NCBI RefSeq assembly: GCF_937921625.1
Contig: NZ_CAKZTI010000054.1
Span: 21,703-85,702, forward strand
Source of the DNA: an uncultured Campylobacter sp.
Lineage (GTDB): Bacteria; Campylobacterota; Campylobacteria; Campylobacterales; Campylobacteraceae
Direction: 5' to 3'
Length of the DNA: 64,000 nucleotides
Positions 1 through 10,189 of this stretch are shown here, piece after piece. The position numbers and the translations under genes are program-made. The stretch's first letter is position 1; each line of letters begins with the position of its first letter. The notes under the pieces were generated by a model. That model was not told the origin of the DNA and searched no databases. It was given only the letters and a program-made list of their open reading frames with translations.

Positions 1-1156
1 TTCGATTGGTCGTGCTTACGCAGCGCTCGCCCACACCCAAAATCCCCATATATCCGCCCAGGCACGCGCCGCAGGTCGGGTTGCTCACGACTGCGCCCGC
101 TTCTACGAAAATATCCCACAGCCCCTCTTTTTGCGCGGCCAAAGCGATCTTTTGCGTCGCAGGCGTGATTATGAGGCGGGTTTTGCGCGCGACCTTGCGA
201 CCTTTTAAAATTTGCGCGGCAATCCGCAGATCGGAGAGCCTGCCGTTGGTGCAGCTGCCGATAAAGACCTGATCGACGGCGATATCATCGCGCACCGCTT
301 CGCGCACGCTCTTGCCGTTGCTAGGCAGGAACGGATATGCGATCACCGGATCAAGCTTACTCACATCGATCTGTAAAATTTGCTCATAGTTCGCGCCCTC
401 GTCGGAGTAGTGAAATTTCGGCTCGGCGCGCAAGCTTTTATCCGCCAAAAATTCCTTCGTGATCTCATCGACTGCGACGATACCACTTTTGCCGCCCGCT
501 TCGATTGCCATATTGCAAAGCGAAAATCTGCTATCCATATCCAGATGCTCCAGCGCGTCGCCGCAGAACTCCAAAGCCTTATAGCGCGCGCCGTCCACGC
601 CGATGAGGTGGATTACTTCCAGGATCAGATCCTTGCCGTAGATATGCGGCGCGGGCTTGCCGTGAAAAATTACTTTAATCGTAGGCGGTACTTTAAACCA
701 GTTCCTGCCCGTTATCATCGCAAAAGCTAGATCCGTGCTGCCCATACCGGTCGCAAATGCCCCCAGCGCGCCGTGGGTACAGGTGTGGCTATCCGCGCCG
801 ATGATGACGTCGCCGGGCACTACGAGCCCTTTTTCAGGCATCAGCGCGTGCTCGATACCCATATCTTTTTCGTCGAAATAGTTTTTCAAATCGTGCTTGT
901 AAGCAAACTCGCGTGAAATTTTAGCTTGGTTTGCGCTTAAAATATCCTTCGTAGGGATATAGTGATCCATCACGATCGCAAAGCCGTCCGGGTTGGCGAG
1001 CTTTTTTGCGCCGCTAAGCTCGAACTGCTTGATCGAAATCGGCGTCGTGATGTCGTTGCCGATAACCATATCAATGGCGCTTTCGATGATCTGTCCCGCA
1101 AAAACCGCCTCACCTACGTGCTCGCTAAAAATTTTCTCCGTGATCGTCTGCTTCAT
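1..1156 (-). CDS. leuC: 3-isopropylmalate dehydratase large subunit (aconitase family), runs off the window start
   Basis: Not in the ORF track. Manual minus-strand translation from ATG 1156 gives MKQTITEKIFSEH...DHYIP...GADSHTCTHGALG...FIGSCTNGR...NPTCGACLGG, with the Fe-S cysteine motifs. AAGGAGA RBS upstream. Confidence 0.92.
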   Translation of the reverse strand, partial: MKQTITEKIFSEHVGEAVFAGQIIESAIDMVIGNDITTPISIKQFELSGAKKLANPDGFAIVMDHYIPTKDILSANQAKISREFAYKHDLKNYFDEKDMGIEHALMPEKGLVVPGDVIIGADSHTCTHGALGAFATGMGSTDLAFAMITGRNWFKVPPTIKVIFHGKPAPHIYGKDLILEVIHLIGVDGARYKALEFCGDALEHLDMDSRFSLCNMAIEAGGKSGIVAVDEITKEFLADKSLRAEPKFHYSDEGANYEQILQIDVSKLDPVIAYPFLPSNGKSVREAVRDDIAVDQVFIGSCTNGRLSDLRIAAQILKGRKVARKTRLIITPATQKIALAAQKEGLWDIFVEAGAVVSNPTCGACLGGYMGILGVGERCVSTTNR

Positions 1157-1253
1157 AAAATCTCCTTCATATCGGTTAAATTTGCGCGATTTTAGCTAAA
1201 AAATCATAAATTTTTGCAATTTTATGTATAATTGAGCCGCAAGGAGCGAGACG

Positions 1254-1778
1254 ATGGAAATTTTAGATATTTTTGCAAACCGCAGAAGCGTAAGAAAATA
1301 CGCACAGGGGCCGCTTGAGGACGAGGCGCTAGATAAAATTTTAAAAGCGGGCCTGCTTGCGCCGTCGGGGCATGCACGCCGCCCGTGGGAGTTCATCCTC
1401 GTACGCAACAAACGGATGCTTGAGCGGCTAAGCGGATGTCGCAGCAGCGGAGCGAATATGCTAAAACAGGCCGCGGCCGCGATCGTCGTGATCGCAGATG
1501 AGCAGAAGCAGGACGTCTGGATCGAGGACTGCTCGGTAGCGCTAGGCTACATGCACCTTGCCGCAAGCGCGCTAAATCTCGGCAGCTGCTGGGTGCAGGT
1601 AAGATTGCGCGCCGCCGCGGACGGACGCAGCAGCGAGGAGTTTTTGCGCGAGGCGCTGGGCTTTCCGCCAAATTTCAAAGCAGAAGCGATACTGGCCCTC
1701 GGCGTGCCGCAGCAGCGCCCTAGCCCGCACGATCTGCAGAAGCTAAATTTAAGCAAAATCCACAAAGAGAAATTTTAA
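1254..1778 (+). CDS. Nitroreductase family protein
   Basis: RRSVRKY, APSG, PWEFI and LGSCWV motifs; AAGGAG RBS. Confidence 0.9.
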   Translation: MEILDIFANRRSVRKYAQGPLEDEALDKILKAGLLAPSGHARRPWEFILVRNKRMLERLSGCRSSGANMLKQAAAAIVVIADEQKQDVWIEDCSVALGYMHLAASALNLGSCWVQVRLRAAADGRSSEEFLREALGFPPNFKAEAILALGVPQQRPSPHDLQKLNLSKIHKEKF

Positions 1779-1783
1779 CGCGT

Positions 1784-3106
1784 ATGAAGTATCAAAATTT
1801 AATTCAAATTTGCGAGTATCTACGCGCCAAACGCTTCCTTTCGCACATTAAACGCGTAGGAGATAACCTTTTTAAAGTTTGCTTCGACGGCGACGAGACG
1901 CTGTTTTTCGATATGAATAAATCAGGCTGCAATATCCACGAAAATGACGCTTTTACCGAAGGTAAGGTTTACGCAGCGCCCTTTGATGTGCTACTTGCCA
2001 AGCGCTTCGTAAAATCTCGCATCACTTCCGTTAGCGTACCAGAAAATAATAGAATTCTATGCCTTGGCGTGAGCCAAAACGCAAGCTACAAAACCCAAAG
2101 CTCAAATATCTACTTCGAATTTACCGGGCGATTTACCAACGTAATAATCACCGATGAAAACGATGTGATTTTAGAGGCACTGCGGCACTTCGAAACGGAA
2201 TTTAGACAGATCAAGGTAGGCAGAAAACTCCGTCATCTGCCGCCTGCAAATATTAAAGAAGCCCCCGTGCCAAAAATTTCGGACTTTAGAGCATTTTTTC
2301 GCGCGGAATTTAACGCGCTAAATACGGATCGCTTAAACTCGCTCAAATCCGCAAAAATCACGGCGCTAAATAAAAAGCTAGACTCGGTGCGCAAGGCTTT
2401 AGGCTCTTTGCAAAGCAGCGCCGAACTACTTCGAAGCGCCGAGCTTTTAAGTGCAAAAGCTGCCTTGCTAAAAGAAAATATCTATAAAATTCCAACTAGC
2501 GCGCGAGAATTTACGCTGCAAAAAGGAGGCGCCGAAGCGGTAGAATTTAAACTGCAAAAGCCTGCAAGCGCCGCTTTGGGCGAGCTTTACTCCGAGGCAA
2601 AGCGTCTGCGCCAAAAGGCTGCAAATATACATATCGAAGAGCAAAATTTAAAGGAGAAACTCGCGTTTTACGAGAATTTAAAATCGCTCATTCTTGCCGC
2701 ACAGGACGCACACGAGATCGAAATTCTAATGCCTAAGCGCACGCAAACTAGGCAAAAAAGCAAGGAAAAAAATAGCGAATACGTAGCGAACTTTTATCTA
2801 GGGGATTTTAAAATCAGCGTCGGTAAAAACGAAAAAGGCAATGAGCTCTTACTAAAAAATAGCTCCAAGTCCGACTATTGGTTTCATCTTAAGGACATTC
2901 CAAGCGCACATGTCATCGTAAAGACAAATAAACAAAGTCTAAGCGAAGGGGTAATCGAATTCGCCGCTAAAATTTGTGTGAGCTTCAGTGCAAGTGACAG
3001 CGGAAAATATCTCGTCGATTACACCAAACGCCAAAATGTCAAAATCAACGAAGGTGCTTTCGTAAACTACGTAAATTTTAAAACAATCAGCGTTTTAAAG
3101 CCGTAA
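1784..3106 (+). CDS. NFACT family protein (RqcH/FbpA-like)
   Basis: [12 protein letters not shown] in the N-terminal part; NFACT-R motifs [20 protein letters not shown] and VDYT; located upstream of cdsA-dxr. Confidence 0.88.
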   Translation: MKYQNLIQICEYLRAKRFLSHIKRVGDNLFKVCFDGDETLFFDMNKSGCNIHENDAFTEGKVYAAPFDVLLAKRFVKSRITSVSVPENNRILCLGVSQNASYKTQSSNIYFEFTGRFTNVIITDENDVILEALRHFETEFRQIKVGRKLRHLPPANIKEAPVPKISDFRAFFRAEFNALNTDRLNSLKSAKITALNKKLDSVRKALGSLQSSAELLRSAELLSAKAALLKENIYKIPTSAREFTLQKGGAEAVEFKLQKPASAALGELYSEAKRLRQKAANIHIEEQNLKEKLAFYENLKSLILAAQDAHEIEILMPKRTQTRQKSKEKNSEYVANFYLGDFKISVGKNEKGNELLLKNSSKSDYWFHLKDIPSAHVIVKTNKQSLSEGVIEFAAKICVSFSASDSGKYLVDYTKRQNVKINEGAFVNYVNFKTISVLKP

Positions 3107-3155
3107 TAAGCGAGCTTGCGATATAATTGCTCAAAATAAATTCCAAGGAAATTCT

Positions 3156-3920
3156 ATGAAGCAAAGAATAATCACGGCAAGCATTTTACTCGCCGTATTT
3201 TTGGCTCTAATTCTCATAAACGCTAGGTGGTTAAATTTCGCCGTATTTGCGCTGATACTTGTGCTTGCGTTTTTTGAAAGCCTCAAGTTATGGGGTTTAG
3301 AGGAAACTAGCAAAAAGTGGCTCGCGCTGGCGATCGCGTTTTTTGCGCTGCTACCATTTACGCAGACCGATGAGCCTTTCGTCTCAGCGCTAAAAGTTAG
3401 CATCCTAATGATCCTATGCGTCGCCTCTGTCGTGGCCTTTACCAAGGGTCCTAGCCTAAAGATCACGCTTCCTTTCATCTATCCCGTTGCGCCGATATTT
3501 TTTATGTGGGCGGCTTACGATGATTTCGGGGAAGTTTTTCACTTCGTTTGGCTGATCTTTATTATCGTAGCTAGCGATAGCGGCGCGTATTTTATCGGTA
3601 GAGCTTTCGGCAAAACTCCGCTAAGCGCTAGCTCGCCGAATAAAACCGTAGAAGGCGTGCTAGGCGGTCTTGCACTCGCGCTTATCGTTAGCCTCATTTA
3701 TGCGCGCATCTTTACCAATATGCCACCGCTTGAAATTTTAGGAAAAACCATCATCATAGCAATTTTTGGCGTATTCGGCGATCTGTTTGAAAGCTACCTA
3801 AAACGCGCGGCGGGTCTTAAAGACAGCGGCGCGCTCTTTCCCGGACACGGCGGGATCTTAGACCGCATCGACGGCTATATGTTCGGCGCAATCGCGATGG
3901 CGATAGTCTATTCATGGTAG
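3156..3920 (+). CDS. cdsA: Phosphatidate cytidylyltransferase
   Basis: [25 protein letters not shown] and [16 protein letters not shown] motifs. Confidence 0.95.
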   Translation: MKQRIITASILLAVFLALILINARWLNFAVFALILVLAFFESLKLWGLEETSKKWLALAIAFFALLPFTQTDEPFVSALKVSILMILCVASVVAFTKGPSLKITLPFIYPVAPIFFMWAAYDDFGEVFHFVWLIFIIVASDSGAYFIGRAFGKTPLSASSPNKTVEGVLGGLALALIVSLIYARIFTNMPPLEILGKTIIIAIFGVFGDLFESYLKRAAGLKDSGALFPGHGGILDRIDGYMFGAIAMAIVYSW

Positions 3921-5014
3921 TTTTAGGCTCTACGGGCTCTATCGGCACAAACACCCTAGACGTAGCCGCTCGCAGCGGCAGTATGATTGAAGCGCTTAGC
4001 TGCGGACGCAATATCAAGCTTTTAAACGAACAGATCGCAAAATTTCATCCTCGTCTCGTCTGCATCGCGGACGCGCAGCAGAAAAGCGCAGTAGATCACG
4101 AGCGCGTATTTTGCGGCGCAGATGGAATTTTACAGATGCTTGCGGAGTGCAAAAGCACGACCGTGGTAAACGCTCTCGTAGGCTTTGCGGGTATGATGCC
4201 TAGCCTAAAAACCCAAGAGCTCGGCAAAAGGCTCTGTCTAGCCAACAAAGAAAGCCTGGTCGTCGGCGGGAAATTTCTGCAAACGGATAAAATTTACCCG
4301 ATCGACAGCGAGCATTTCGGGCTGAAATTTTTGCTCAGCAATGCCAAAATCCCCGTTTTGCGCCTAATCATCACGGCTAGCGGCGGCGCGTTTTACGACG
4401 TGCCGCTAACGCAGCTGGGCTCGCTCACGCCGCAAAATGCCCTCAATCACCCCAACTGGAAGATGGGCGCAAAGATCACGATCGACAGCGCCACGATGGC
4501 GAATAAGCTTTTTGAGGTGATCGAGGCGTTTTGGCTCTACGGCACGCGCGAGATCGATGCGCTCATCGAGCGCACCTCACAGATCCACGCGCTGGTCGAA
4601 TTCGCAGACGGCTCTACGACGGCGCACATTAGCAGGGCCGATATGCGTCTAGCTATCGCACACGCGATGTTTAGCGGCGACGTACGGGAACAGATCACAG
4701 CGCCCGTGGATCTGTGCGCCCTGCGACCGATAGAATTTAAGCCGATCGACGAGATGAAATTTCAAATTTTTACCCTCAAAGACGTGCTGCTAGCAAACCC
4801 CGATCTGGGCGTCGTTATCAACGCCGCGAACGAAGCGGGCGTAAATGCGTTTTTGCAGCAGCGGTGCCGCTTTACCGACATTGCGCGCGTCGTGCTGAAG
4901 TGCGCGGAGAAATTTAACTCGCCTAGCGTAACGGACGCGGACGCGCTTACGGCGGTGGATGCGAGCGTGCGAGCGTATGCAAACGAGCTGCTGAAATTTA
5001 ACGGGGAGCTTTAA
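3914..5014 (+). CDS. dxr: 1-deoxy-D-xylulose-5-phosphate reductoisomerase
   Basis: [22 protein letters not shown] and [20 protein letters not shown] motifs. Confidence 0.97.
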   Translation: MVVLGSTGSIGTNTLDVAARSGSMIEALSCGRNIKLLNEQIAKFHPRLVCIADAQQKSAVDHERVFCGADGILQMLAECKSTTVVNALVGFAGMMPSLKTQELGKRLCLANKESLVVGGKFLQTDKIYPIDSEHFGLKFLLSNAKIPVLRLIITASGGAFYDVPLTQLGSLTPQNALNHPNWKMGAKITIDSATMANKLFEVIEAFWLYGTREIDALIERTSQIHALVEFADGSTTAHISRADMRLAIAHAMFSGDVREQITAPVDLCALRPIEFKPIDEMKFQIFTLKDVLLANPDLGVVINAANEAGVNAFLQQRCRFTDIARVVLKCAEKFNSPSVTDADALTAVDASVRAYANELLKFNGEL

Positions 5015-5091
5015 GCCTAGCTTTGCCTGCTTAAATTTAGAGTTTAAATTTGAGCTATCTTGCCGCAAGCAGTGAAATTTAGGATCGAAAA

Positions 5092-6039
5092 TTGTTGGAC
5101 GTACAAACTATCGTAAATTTGGAAAAAGAGCGCCGCAAGCTGCTGCAAAGCCGCATAAAATGGAAAATAATAAGCCTGCTTAAAGCCTGTGCGATATTTA
5201 TCCCGCTGATTTGTTTGATGATATACAAGGTCCGCGGAGAGAAAATATCTTTTGAGCTGCTATCGGAAATTTTATTTGATCTAATAATGCTGTACTTTGC
5301 ATATAGGTTCTTTTACGAAAAAACCTATAAAGTCAAAACGCGAGAATTCGCGCTACAATACAAAGCCCTCTACATAGCACCCTACGTCGAAAATCTAGGA
5401 TACAAATACAACAGATTCGGTGCCATAGCTTTGGAACAAGATATTGAGCATAGCGGGCTTTTTGGAGAATACGCGAACTTTGGCGGAGATGATTTGATAT
5501 TCGGAAACATAGACGGCGTAGATTTTAGCTTCGGCGATATTTGGCTATCAAAAGACTTCGATAAAAAATTTTTGGTTTTGGCGTCTAAAAAGAAATACAT
5601 TGAACCGTTCCAGGGTCTTTTTTTCGTGGCGGATTTTCATAAAAAGATCGGATCTGATGTTTTTATTCTCCCCAGCATAACGAAGCTGCAAACCTTCGCC
5701 TCCGAAAGCAATGCGTGGCTTCGCAAGATGGATAACGCAAAATTCGACAAATCCTTCGCGGTCTATGCGAAAGACCCGCTCGCCGCTGCGTATGTGCTAA
5801 CGCCGGCGCTGATGGAGAAAATTTTATTTTTAAAAGTGCTTACGAAATCATACATTGAACTTAGCTTCAGAAAAAACAAAATTTATATAAAAATACCTCG
5901 TCTATACGATAGCTTTGAGCCCGATCTAAGTAAGCCGATACGAGGCGACAAGCTCGCGAGCAAGATACAAATCGATCTGGACGCGATGCTACAAATCGTA
6001 AAAATTCTAAAGCTGAATGAAAAAATTTGGACGTCTTAA
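5092..6039 (+). CDS. DUF3137-like membrane-anchored protein
   Basis: Two N-terminal TM segments; DLIFGNIDGVDFSF, FQGLFFVADFHK and FDKSFAVYAKD..AAYVLTPALME. Similar to 30159..31241. Confidence 0.7.
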   Translation: MLDVQTIVNLEKERRKLLQSRIKWKIISLLKACAIFIPLICLMIYKVRGEKISFELLSEILFDLIMLYFAYRFFYEKTYKVKTREFALQYKALYIAPYVENLGYKYNRFGAIALEQDIEHSGLFGEYANFGGDDLIFGNIDGVDFSFGDIWLSKDFDKKFLVLASKKKYIEPFQGLFFVADFHKKIGSDVFILPSITKLQTFASESNAWLRKMDNAKFDKSFAVYAKDPLAAAYVLTPALMEKILFLKVLTKSYIELSFRKNKIYIKIPRLYDSFEPDLSKPIRGDKLASKIQIDLDAMLQIVKILKLNEKIWTS

Positions 6040-6189
6040 CGGGCGCAAGGCGGAGCGAGGCAAGCGGGCGAAATAAGACAGGGCAAGGCAAGTAGATGAA
6101 ACGAGGCGGGGCGGGGAAAAGCGACTAGATAAAACAAAGCGGAGCAGAATAGGCTGCTGAGGCAAAACACGCGAGCGCCGCGCAAGCGC

Positions 6190-6252
6190 GATAAAATTCC
6201 GCGCGGGATTGCGAAATTTTAGTAATAGGATAAAATTCCGCGCGGGATTGCG
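6190..6252 (+). repeat. Two exact 24-bp direct repeats GATAAAATTCCGCGCGGGATTGCG
   Basis: Copies at 6190-6213 and 6229-6252. Confidence 0.85.
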
Positions 6253-6353
6253 GCAAAATCGTGAAATTTCGCGTAGAATTTCGACGGGATTTGATGTCGC
6301 GGCGAAATCTTGTATAGAATTTCGGCGGAATTTTACGAAAAATTAAAATTTGC

Positions 6354-6382
6354 TTGCTATTGAGAGATTTTTTTGATATACT
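6354..6382 (+). promoter_or_regulatory. Sigma70-type promoter of tRNA-Val
   Basis: TTGCTA, 17-bp spacer, then TATACT with an extended TG, ending 14 bp before the tRNA. Confidence 0.7.
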
Positions 6383-6395
6383 GCCGTTTCTTTTT

Positions 6396-6471
6396 GGCCC
6401 CGTAACTCAGTTGGTAGAGTGTCACCTTGACATGGTGGAAGTCGTTGGTTCAAGTCCAATCGGGACCACCA
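6396..6471 (+). tRNA. tRNA-Val (anticodon GAC)
   Basis: 76-nt cloverleaf: D-arm ACTC-AGTTGGTA-GAGT, anticodon loop TTGACAT, T-arm GTTGG-TTCAAGT-CCAAT, encoded CCA. Confidence 0.95.
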
Positions 6472-6660
6472 TTTAAGCTATTTTTAAGTTTTAATCACTT
6501 CATTTTCGCGCACAGCACCTGTCTTAAATTTAGTTATTCCAACCCCTTTCATTTTTATTTTAGATATAATTTTTCCAAAATACTACGAGATCGATTAGCC
6601 GATCGATGAGGTAAATTCATTCGCCAACCGATTAAATTTAAAAAGGAGTATCGGCGATAT

Positions 6661-6930
6661 ATGGAACAGTATGTTATAAAAACATTAGACTATTGCGCAG
6701 AAAAGGGACTGCAGCTACAATGGGAAAAGGACTTCGCGATCTCCGTCAATACTCTCGAAAACGAAGTTACTATAAGGGCGAATAAAAGCGGGCTTATATC
6801 TCTTGCCAGGCATCTGCTTACTTTAGCGCAAGATTCCGTGCCGAAACATTCGCATATACATCTGGATGAGTATAATTCGCTTGAGGAAGGCTCGTCAGAA
6901 CTTATAAACCAAAAAGATACCGAGCGATAA
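6661..6930 (+). CDS. Probable Imm32-family immunity protein
   Basis: VTIRANKSGLISLARHLLTLA...HSHIHLDEYNSLEEGS matches the Imm32 pattern as recalled; AAGGAG upstream. Confidence 0.65.
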   Translation: MEQYVIKTLDYCAEKGLQLQWEKDFAISVNTLENEVTIRANKSGLISLARHLLTLAQDSVPKHSHIHLDEYNSLEEGSSELINQKDTER

Positions 6931-6961
6931 AGATAAATTTTTATGCTAAAGGAAGGCGACA

Positions 6962-7282
6962 ATGAGAGAAAAACACATTGTAGAGTTATTATCCTCCGCA
7001 ATCGAAGGAGACGGGATCATATCCGTAGTATTTAAATTTTTCCATATAGATTGGGAATACACGCTAGAGGAGCTCGATCTAATTATAAATTTTGGTATAA
7101 AAAATGGCGATCTTCTTATAGAAGATATGCATGATGAAAACAAGCACTACGACAAAATAGATTGGCGGCTAGATAATGTGTATCAAGAGATCGTTATGGT
7201 AGATATTTACAAATATATGCCATTGCTATTTTCTAAATATCCGACGGTACCGGATCCTTATAGGCAGTTCATTACGGAATGA
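6962..7282 (+). CDS. Small acidic hypothetical protein (putative immunity protein)
   Basis: 106 aa, acidic, AT-rich, with an RBS, inside the array. Confidence 0.6.
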   Translation: MREKHIVELLSSAIEGDGIISVVFKFFHIDWEYTLEELDLIINFGIKNGDLLIEDMHDENKHYDKIDWRLDNVYQEIVMVDIYKYMPLLFSKYPTVPDPYRQFITE

Positions 7283-7385
7283 AATTTGCGTATGACAGCA
7301 CGGATAAAAATATAAAATTTAAGATCATACGGTATGGCGCAAAACACGATGAGCAAAGCAGATCATAACGAAAAGGAGCAGCAAA

Positions 7386-7790
7386 ATGCTAGATAGAATT
7401 GCCGCTTTTTTGACAGGCATAATGTGCTTCTTATATCTTATAAATTTTGCGGTACATAAACATGTAAAGATAGGCGAGAAATATATTAATTTTGATGATG
7501 CGGGTAGTTTGTGGATATTACCTGCAATCGCATTTATAGTCATAGGTATTTCTGGCTTTTATTTTGCCTTCCGCTCTGAAAAGAACATAAAAAGATACCC
7601 GAAATATATGTGGTGTAAGGACTGCTTTAAATTTTACATGTACGAGGATGTCAAAAATACGGATCAAATTTGCCCGGACTGCGGCAAAAAGCTTACGGAG
7701 TATAATGACGGCGACTACTGGCGAAGAAACGCCTCCGATCAAAGCGCTAAAGTTCCGAAGATCAAAAAGCGTAAATTTAAAAAGCGATGA
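7386..7790 (+). CDS. 2-TM protein with CxxC-CxxC zinc ribbon
   Basis: Two hydrophobic segments, then CKDC and CPDC; AAGGAG RBS. Confidence 0.7.
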   Translation: MLDRIAAFLTGIMCFLYLINFAVHKHVKIGEKYINFDDAGSLWILPAIAFIVIGISGFYFAFRSEKNIKRYPKYMWCKDCFKFYMYEDVKNTDQICPDCGKKLTEYNDGDYWRRNASDQSAKVPKIKKRKFKKR

Positions 7791-7799
7791 AATTTTGAT

Positions 7800-8255
7800 T
7801 TGTTATACGAGGAATATATAAAAATGCTAAATAGACTTTTTGCGCTGATCGGCTTTTTCGCTTTTTTCGCATGGAGACTGGCAGCCGCTTTATTGGGGAG
7901 AGTTGATATAAAACCCGGCTTTATGGCATCAGTAAAATTTGATAGTATATATCTGCGTATAATAATTGGAACTTTATGCTTTGCGGCGTGCGCTTTCTTT
8001 TTATATCTCGCATTTCGCCCTGAAAAAAGCATAAAATATTATCCTAAATTTATGCGCTGCAAAGGGTGTCTTAAATTTTATAATTTCTTGGACGTTAAAG
8101 ATAGGAGGGTTTGCCCTAAATGCGGAGGCGCGCTGCAAGATTATGCCGAGATAGAAAAGTGGAATCAAATAGAAAAGAATAAAAAGCTTGAAAGATATTT
8201 TAAATTTGAAAAAGAGTGGCTAAAGATGATAAAAAAACAAGGGAGCGAGAAATAA
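7800..8255 (+). CDS. 2-TM protein with zinc ribbon, paralogue of 7386..7790
   Basis: LAFRPEKSIKYYPKFMRCKGC...CPKCG aligns with FAFRSEKNIKRYPKYMWCKDC...CPDCG. The true start may be a later ATG. Confidence 0.7.
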   Translation: MLYEEYIKMLNRLFALIGFFAFFAWRLAAALLGRVDIKPGFMASVKFDSIYLRIIIGTLCFAACAFFLYLAFRPEKSIKYYPKFMRCKGCLKFYNFLDVKDRRVCPKCGGALQDYAEIEKWNQIEKNKKLERYFKFEKEWLKMIKKQGSEK

Positions 8256-8256
8256 A

Positions 8257-8664
8257 ATGATAAATTATAAAAATATCGGCTCTATTTGTGAGCTTAACTC
8301 TTTGTCTAAAAGCAGCTCGGATATATATTTGCTTATCGGATCGCACTTTATGGATAAGATAGATATCTTTAGTAATATCGCAACGGATTTTCTTATAGGC
8401 GTCAAGTGGATATTCTTCTACGCAGAGAAAGCGTCGCAATTAGAAGATATCTTTGATAGCTTTATAGAGCGGCACGATTTATTGGATATAGTTACATTGT
8501 CATACGGAATCGATGAAAAAACGGAGCTTGTAAATCTATTTTTATCCAAGATTACTCCAACAACTATGGGCGTATCAATATTAGATGAGAAAAATGCCGC
8601 CGAAAGCGAGCTATTGCATGAAATTCTAAAAGGCGTAAATGATAAAAATAGCGATAAAATTTAA
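8257..8664 (+). CDS. Acidic hypothetical protein (putative immunity protein)
   Basis: 135 aa, 1 bp after the previous stop codon, AT-rich. Confidence 0.55.
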   Translation: MINYKNIGSICELNSLSKSSSDIYLLIGSHFMDKIDIFSNIATDFLIGVKWIFFYAEKASQLEDIFDSFIERHDLLDIVTLSYGIDEKTELVNLFLSKITPTTMGVSILDEKNAAESELLHEILKGVNDKNSDKI

Positions 8665-8677
8665 AATAAGGTGAAAT

Positions 8678-9187
8678 ATGCAGCAAAATGAAGAATTGTA
8701 TTATTTAATAGCTGGATTTCTATCCGATTGGTGCGATATAGAGCTGTTTTGCGATGAATTTTATAAGATGTATGATTTGGAATCGCAATATTGTGTAACC
8801 AATAAAGCGGAAGAGCAGGCATTAAAAGAATTGGATATGATGGCGGGTAGATTTTCTGAGTTTGATGAAGATTTTAAAAAGGCTCCTAACATATTTTTTA
8901 AAGAAGGCGAGATAAGGCAAAAGACAGAAGAAATTTTTCGATTATTTTCTAATATCAAAATTTCAAAAGAGGAATTTTTTAGATTTTTGAAAGAACAGAG
9001 AGGGCTAAATTTTTCGATTGGCGTTGATTTGGGCGAAGGCTATGTAATGTGCCCGAATTGCTCTAATGCAATGAAGGTAGATGGACGCCAAAGCGTAATT
9101 ACATGCGATAATAAATATTGTATCACTAAGTTTATCAATCCTTTAGCGAAATTAACGCTTGCGGAGATTAAGATTGGAAATGAATAA
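8678..9187 (+). CDS. Hypothetical protein: colicin-D-immunity-like helical N-terminus plus Cys-rich C-terminus
   Basis: LYYLIAGFL..DIELFCDEFYKMY...RFSEFDED...EGEIRQK, followed by CPNC and CDNKYC. Confidence 0.5.
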   Translation: MQQNEELYYLIAGFLSDWCDIELFCDEFYKMYDLESQYCVTNKAEEQALKELDMMAGRFSEFDEDFKKAPNIFFKEGEIRQKTEEIFRLFSNIKISKEEFFRFLKEQRGLNFSIGVDLGEGYVMCPNCSNAMKVDGRQSVITCDNKYCITKFINPLAKLTLAEIKIGNE

Positions 9188-9236
9188 AATTTGATTTAGA
9201 CAAAATAATTTAATACAAAATTTATGGAGAAAATAG

Positions 9237-9641
9237 ATGCTTAATTTAGAAGGGCAGGAATTCCGCGTAAAGAGTATTTATGATAATATCGAGGAGGCTT
9301 CTAGCATAAAGTAGCAAAAAATGTATTGGCTGAATGAGAACAACGTAGAGGGCTATATTTCATCGTATATAGAGCTAATGTGTACACTTTTTGATGATTT
9401 TGATTTCGACGATTTTGTAAAAAATACGGCTTGTCGTTTAGGATTCCCACTAAAACTTATAGAATTATTGCAAGAATTTAGAGATACTATAAAAAATTAT
9501 CAAGCCAAAGACGAAACCGATGATCGCGCCATTATAGAGGATCCAAATTGGCATATCGTAGTAGAAAAGGCGCGAGACGTCATAAAAGAATGGAATAAAT
9601 ACGATTTAGGCTCGAACGATAGAGCATTTAAATTAAATTAG
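9237..9641 (+). pseudogene. SCO4402-like putative immunity gene interrupted by an in-frame TAG
   Basis: ATG 9237 with a GGAGA RBS is in frame with ORF 9321..9641, with TAG at 9312-9314. Motifs Q..YW, LFDD and DPNWHIVVEKA. Confidence 0.6.
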
Positions 9642-9671
9642 GTAGTAAAAAACAAAAAATAGGATTTTAAT

Positions 9672-10154
9672 ATGATAAAAAATGAATTTGAATTTTTAAT
9701 TGCCTCCGTGCCGGATAGAGAAAAAGTAGTAGCCGAGATCTGGCATATGGGCAGAGAGGCTTTAATAGAGATCAACCATGAAACGAATAAGCTTTTGGTC
9801 GCTGCTACCGAGACTCGGCATAATATCAATTTTTACGAGCTTATATGGGCGCTATATGCTGGGGGATTATGGCTAAAAGATGGAAATCAAACACCGAATT
9901 TTACGGAGCAATTTGAGAAATTTTCAAAAAGAAACGGAAGATGTTCGAAAAATATCTTTAAATTTACAAGATATGAGAATAAAGTGAGTATAGAACATAA
10001 AGGCAATCTAATAGCGCATGTCATAAAAGATGGCGACGCCCTATCGGTAGGTTTGTTAAATTTTGGATTTGAATTAAAAGACTGCGTAGAGCTCGAAAAT
10101 TTCGTATGGGCTTTGCAAAATTCTAGGAAACTGCTAGATAGCGCGGTCAGCTGA
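9672..10154 (+). CDS. Hypothetical protein with an internally duplicated small domain (putative immunity protein)
   Basis: FLIASVPDREKVVAEIW...FYELIWAL, and a second degenerate copy ending LENFVWALQNSRKLL. Confidence 0.55.
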   Translation: MIKNEFEFLIASVPDREKVVAEIWHMGREALIEINHETNKLLVAATETRHNINFYELIWALYAGGLWLKDGNQTPNFTEQFEKFSKRNGRCSKNIFKFTRYENKVSIEHKGNLIAHVIKDGDALSVGLLNFGFELKDCVELENFVWALQNSRKLLDSAVS

Positions 10155-10189
10155 GTATCGCGGCAAAAACATCTATAAAGGATAATAAA

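Noticed and set aside
6..1199. Plus-strand ORFs 6..272, 380..730, 962..1195 and 993..1199
   Set aside because: They are antisense shadows of leuC, which occupies the minus strand.
6190..6252. CRISPR array
   Set aside because: Only two 24-bp copies with a 15-bp gap and no cas genes; other RAATTY-rich spacers lack fixed repeat-spacer periodicity.
6427..6609. 60-aa ORF MTWWKSLVQVQSGPP
   Set aside because: It overlaps the tRNA-Val gene and is spurious.
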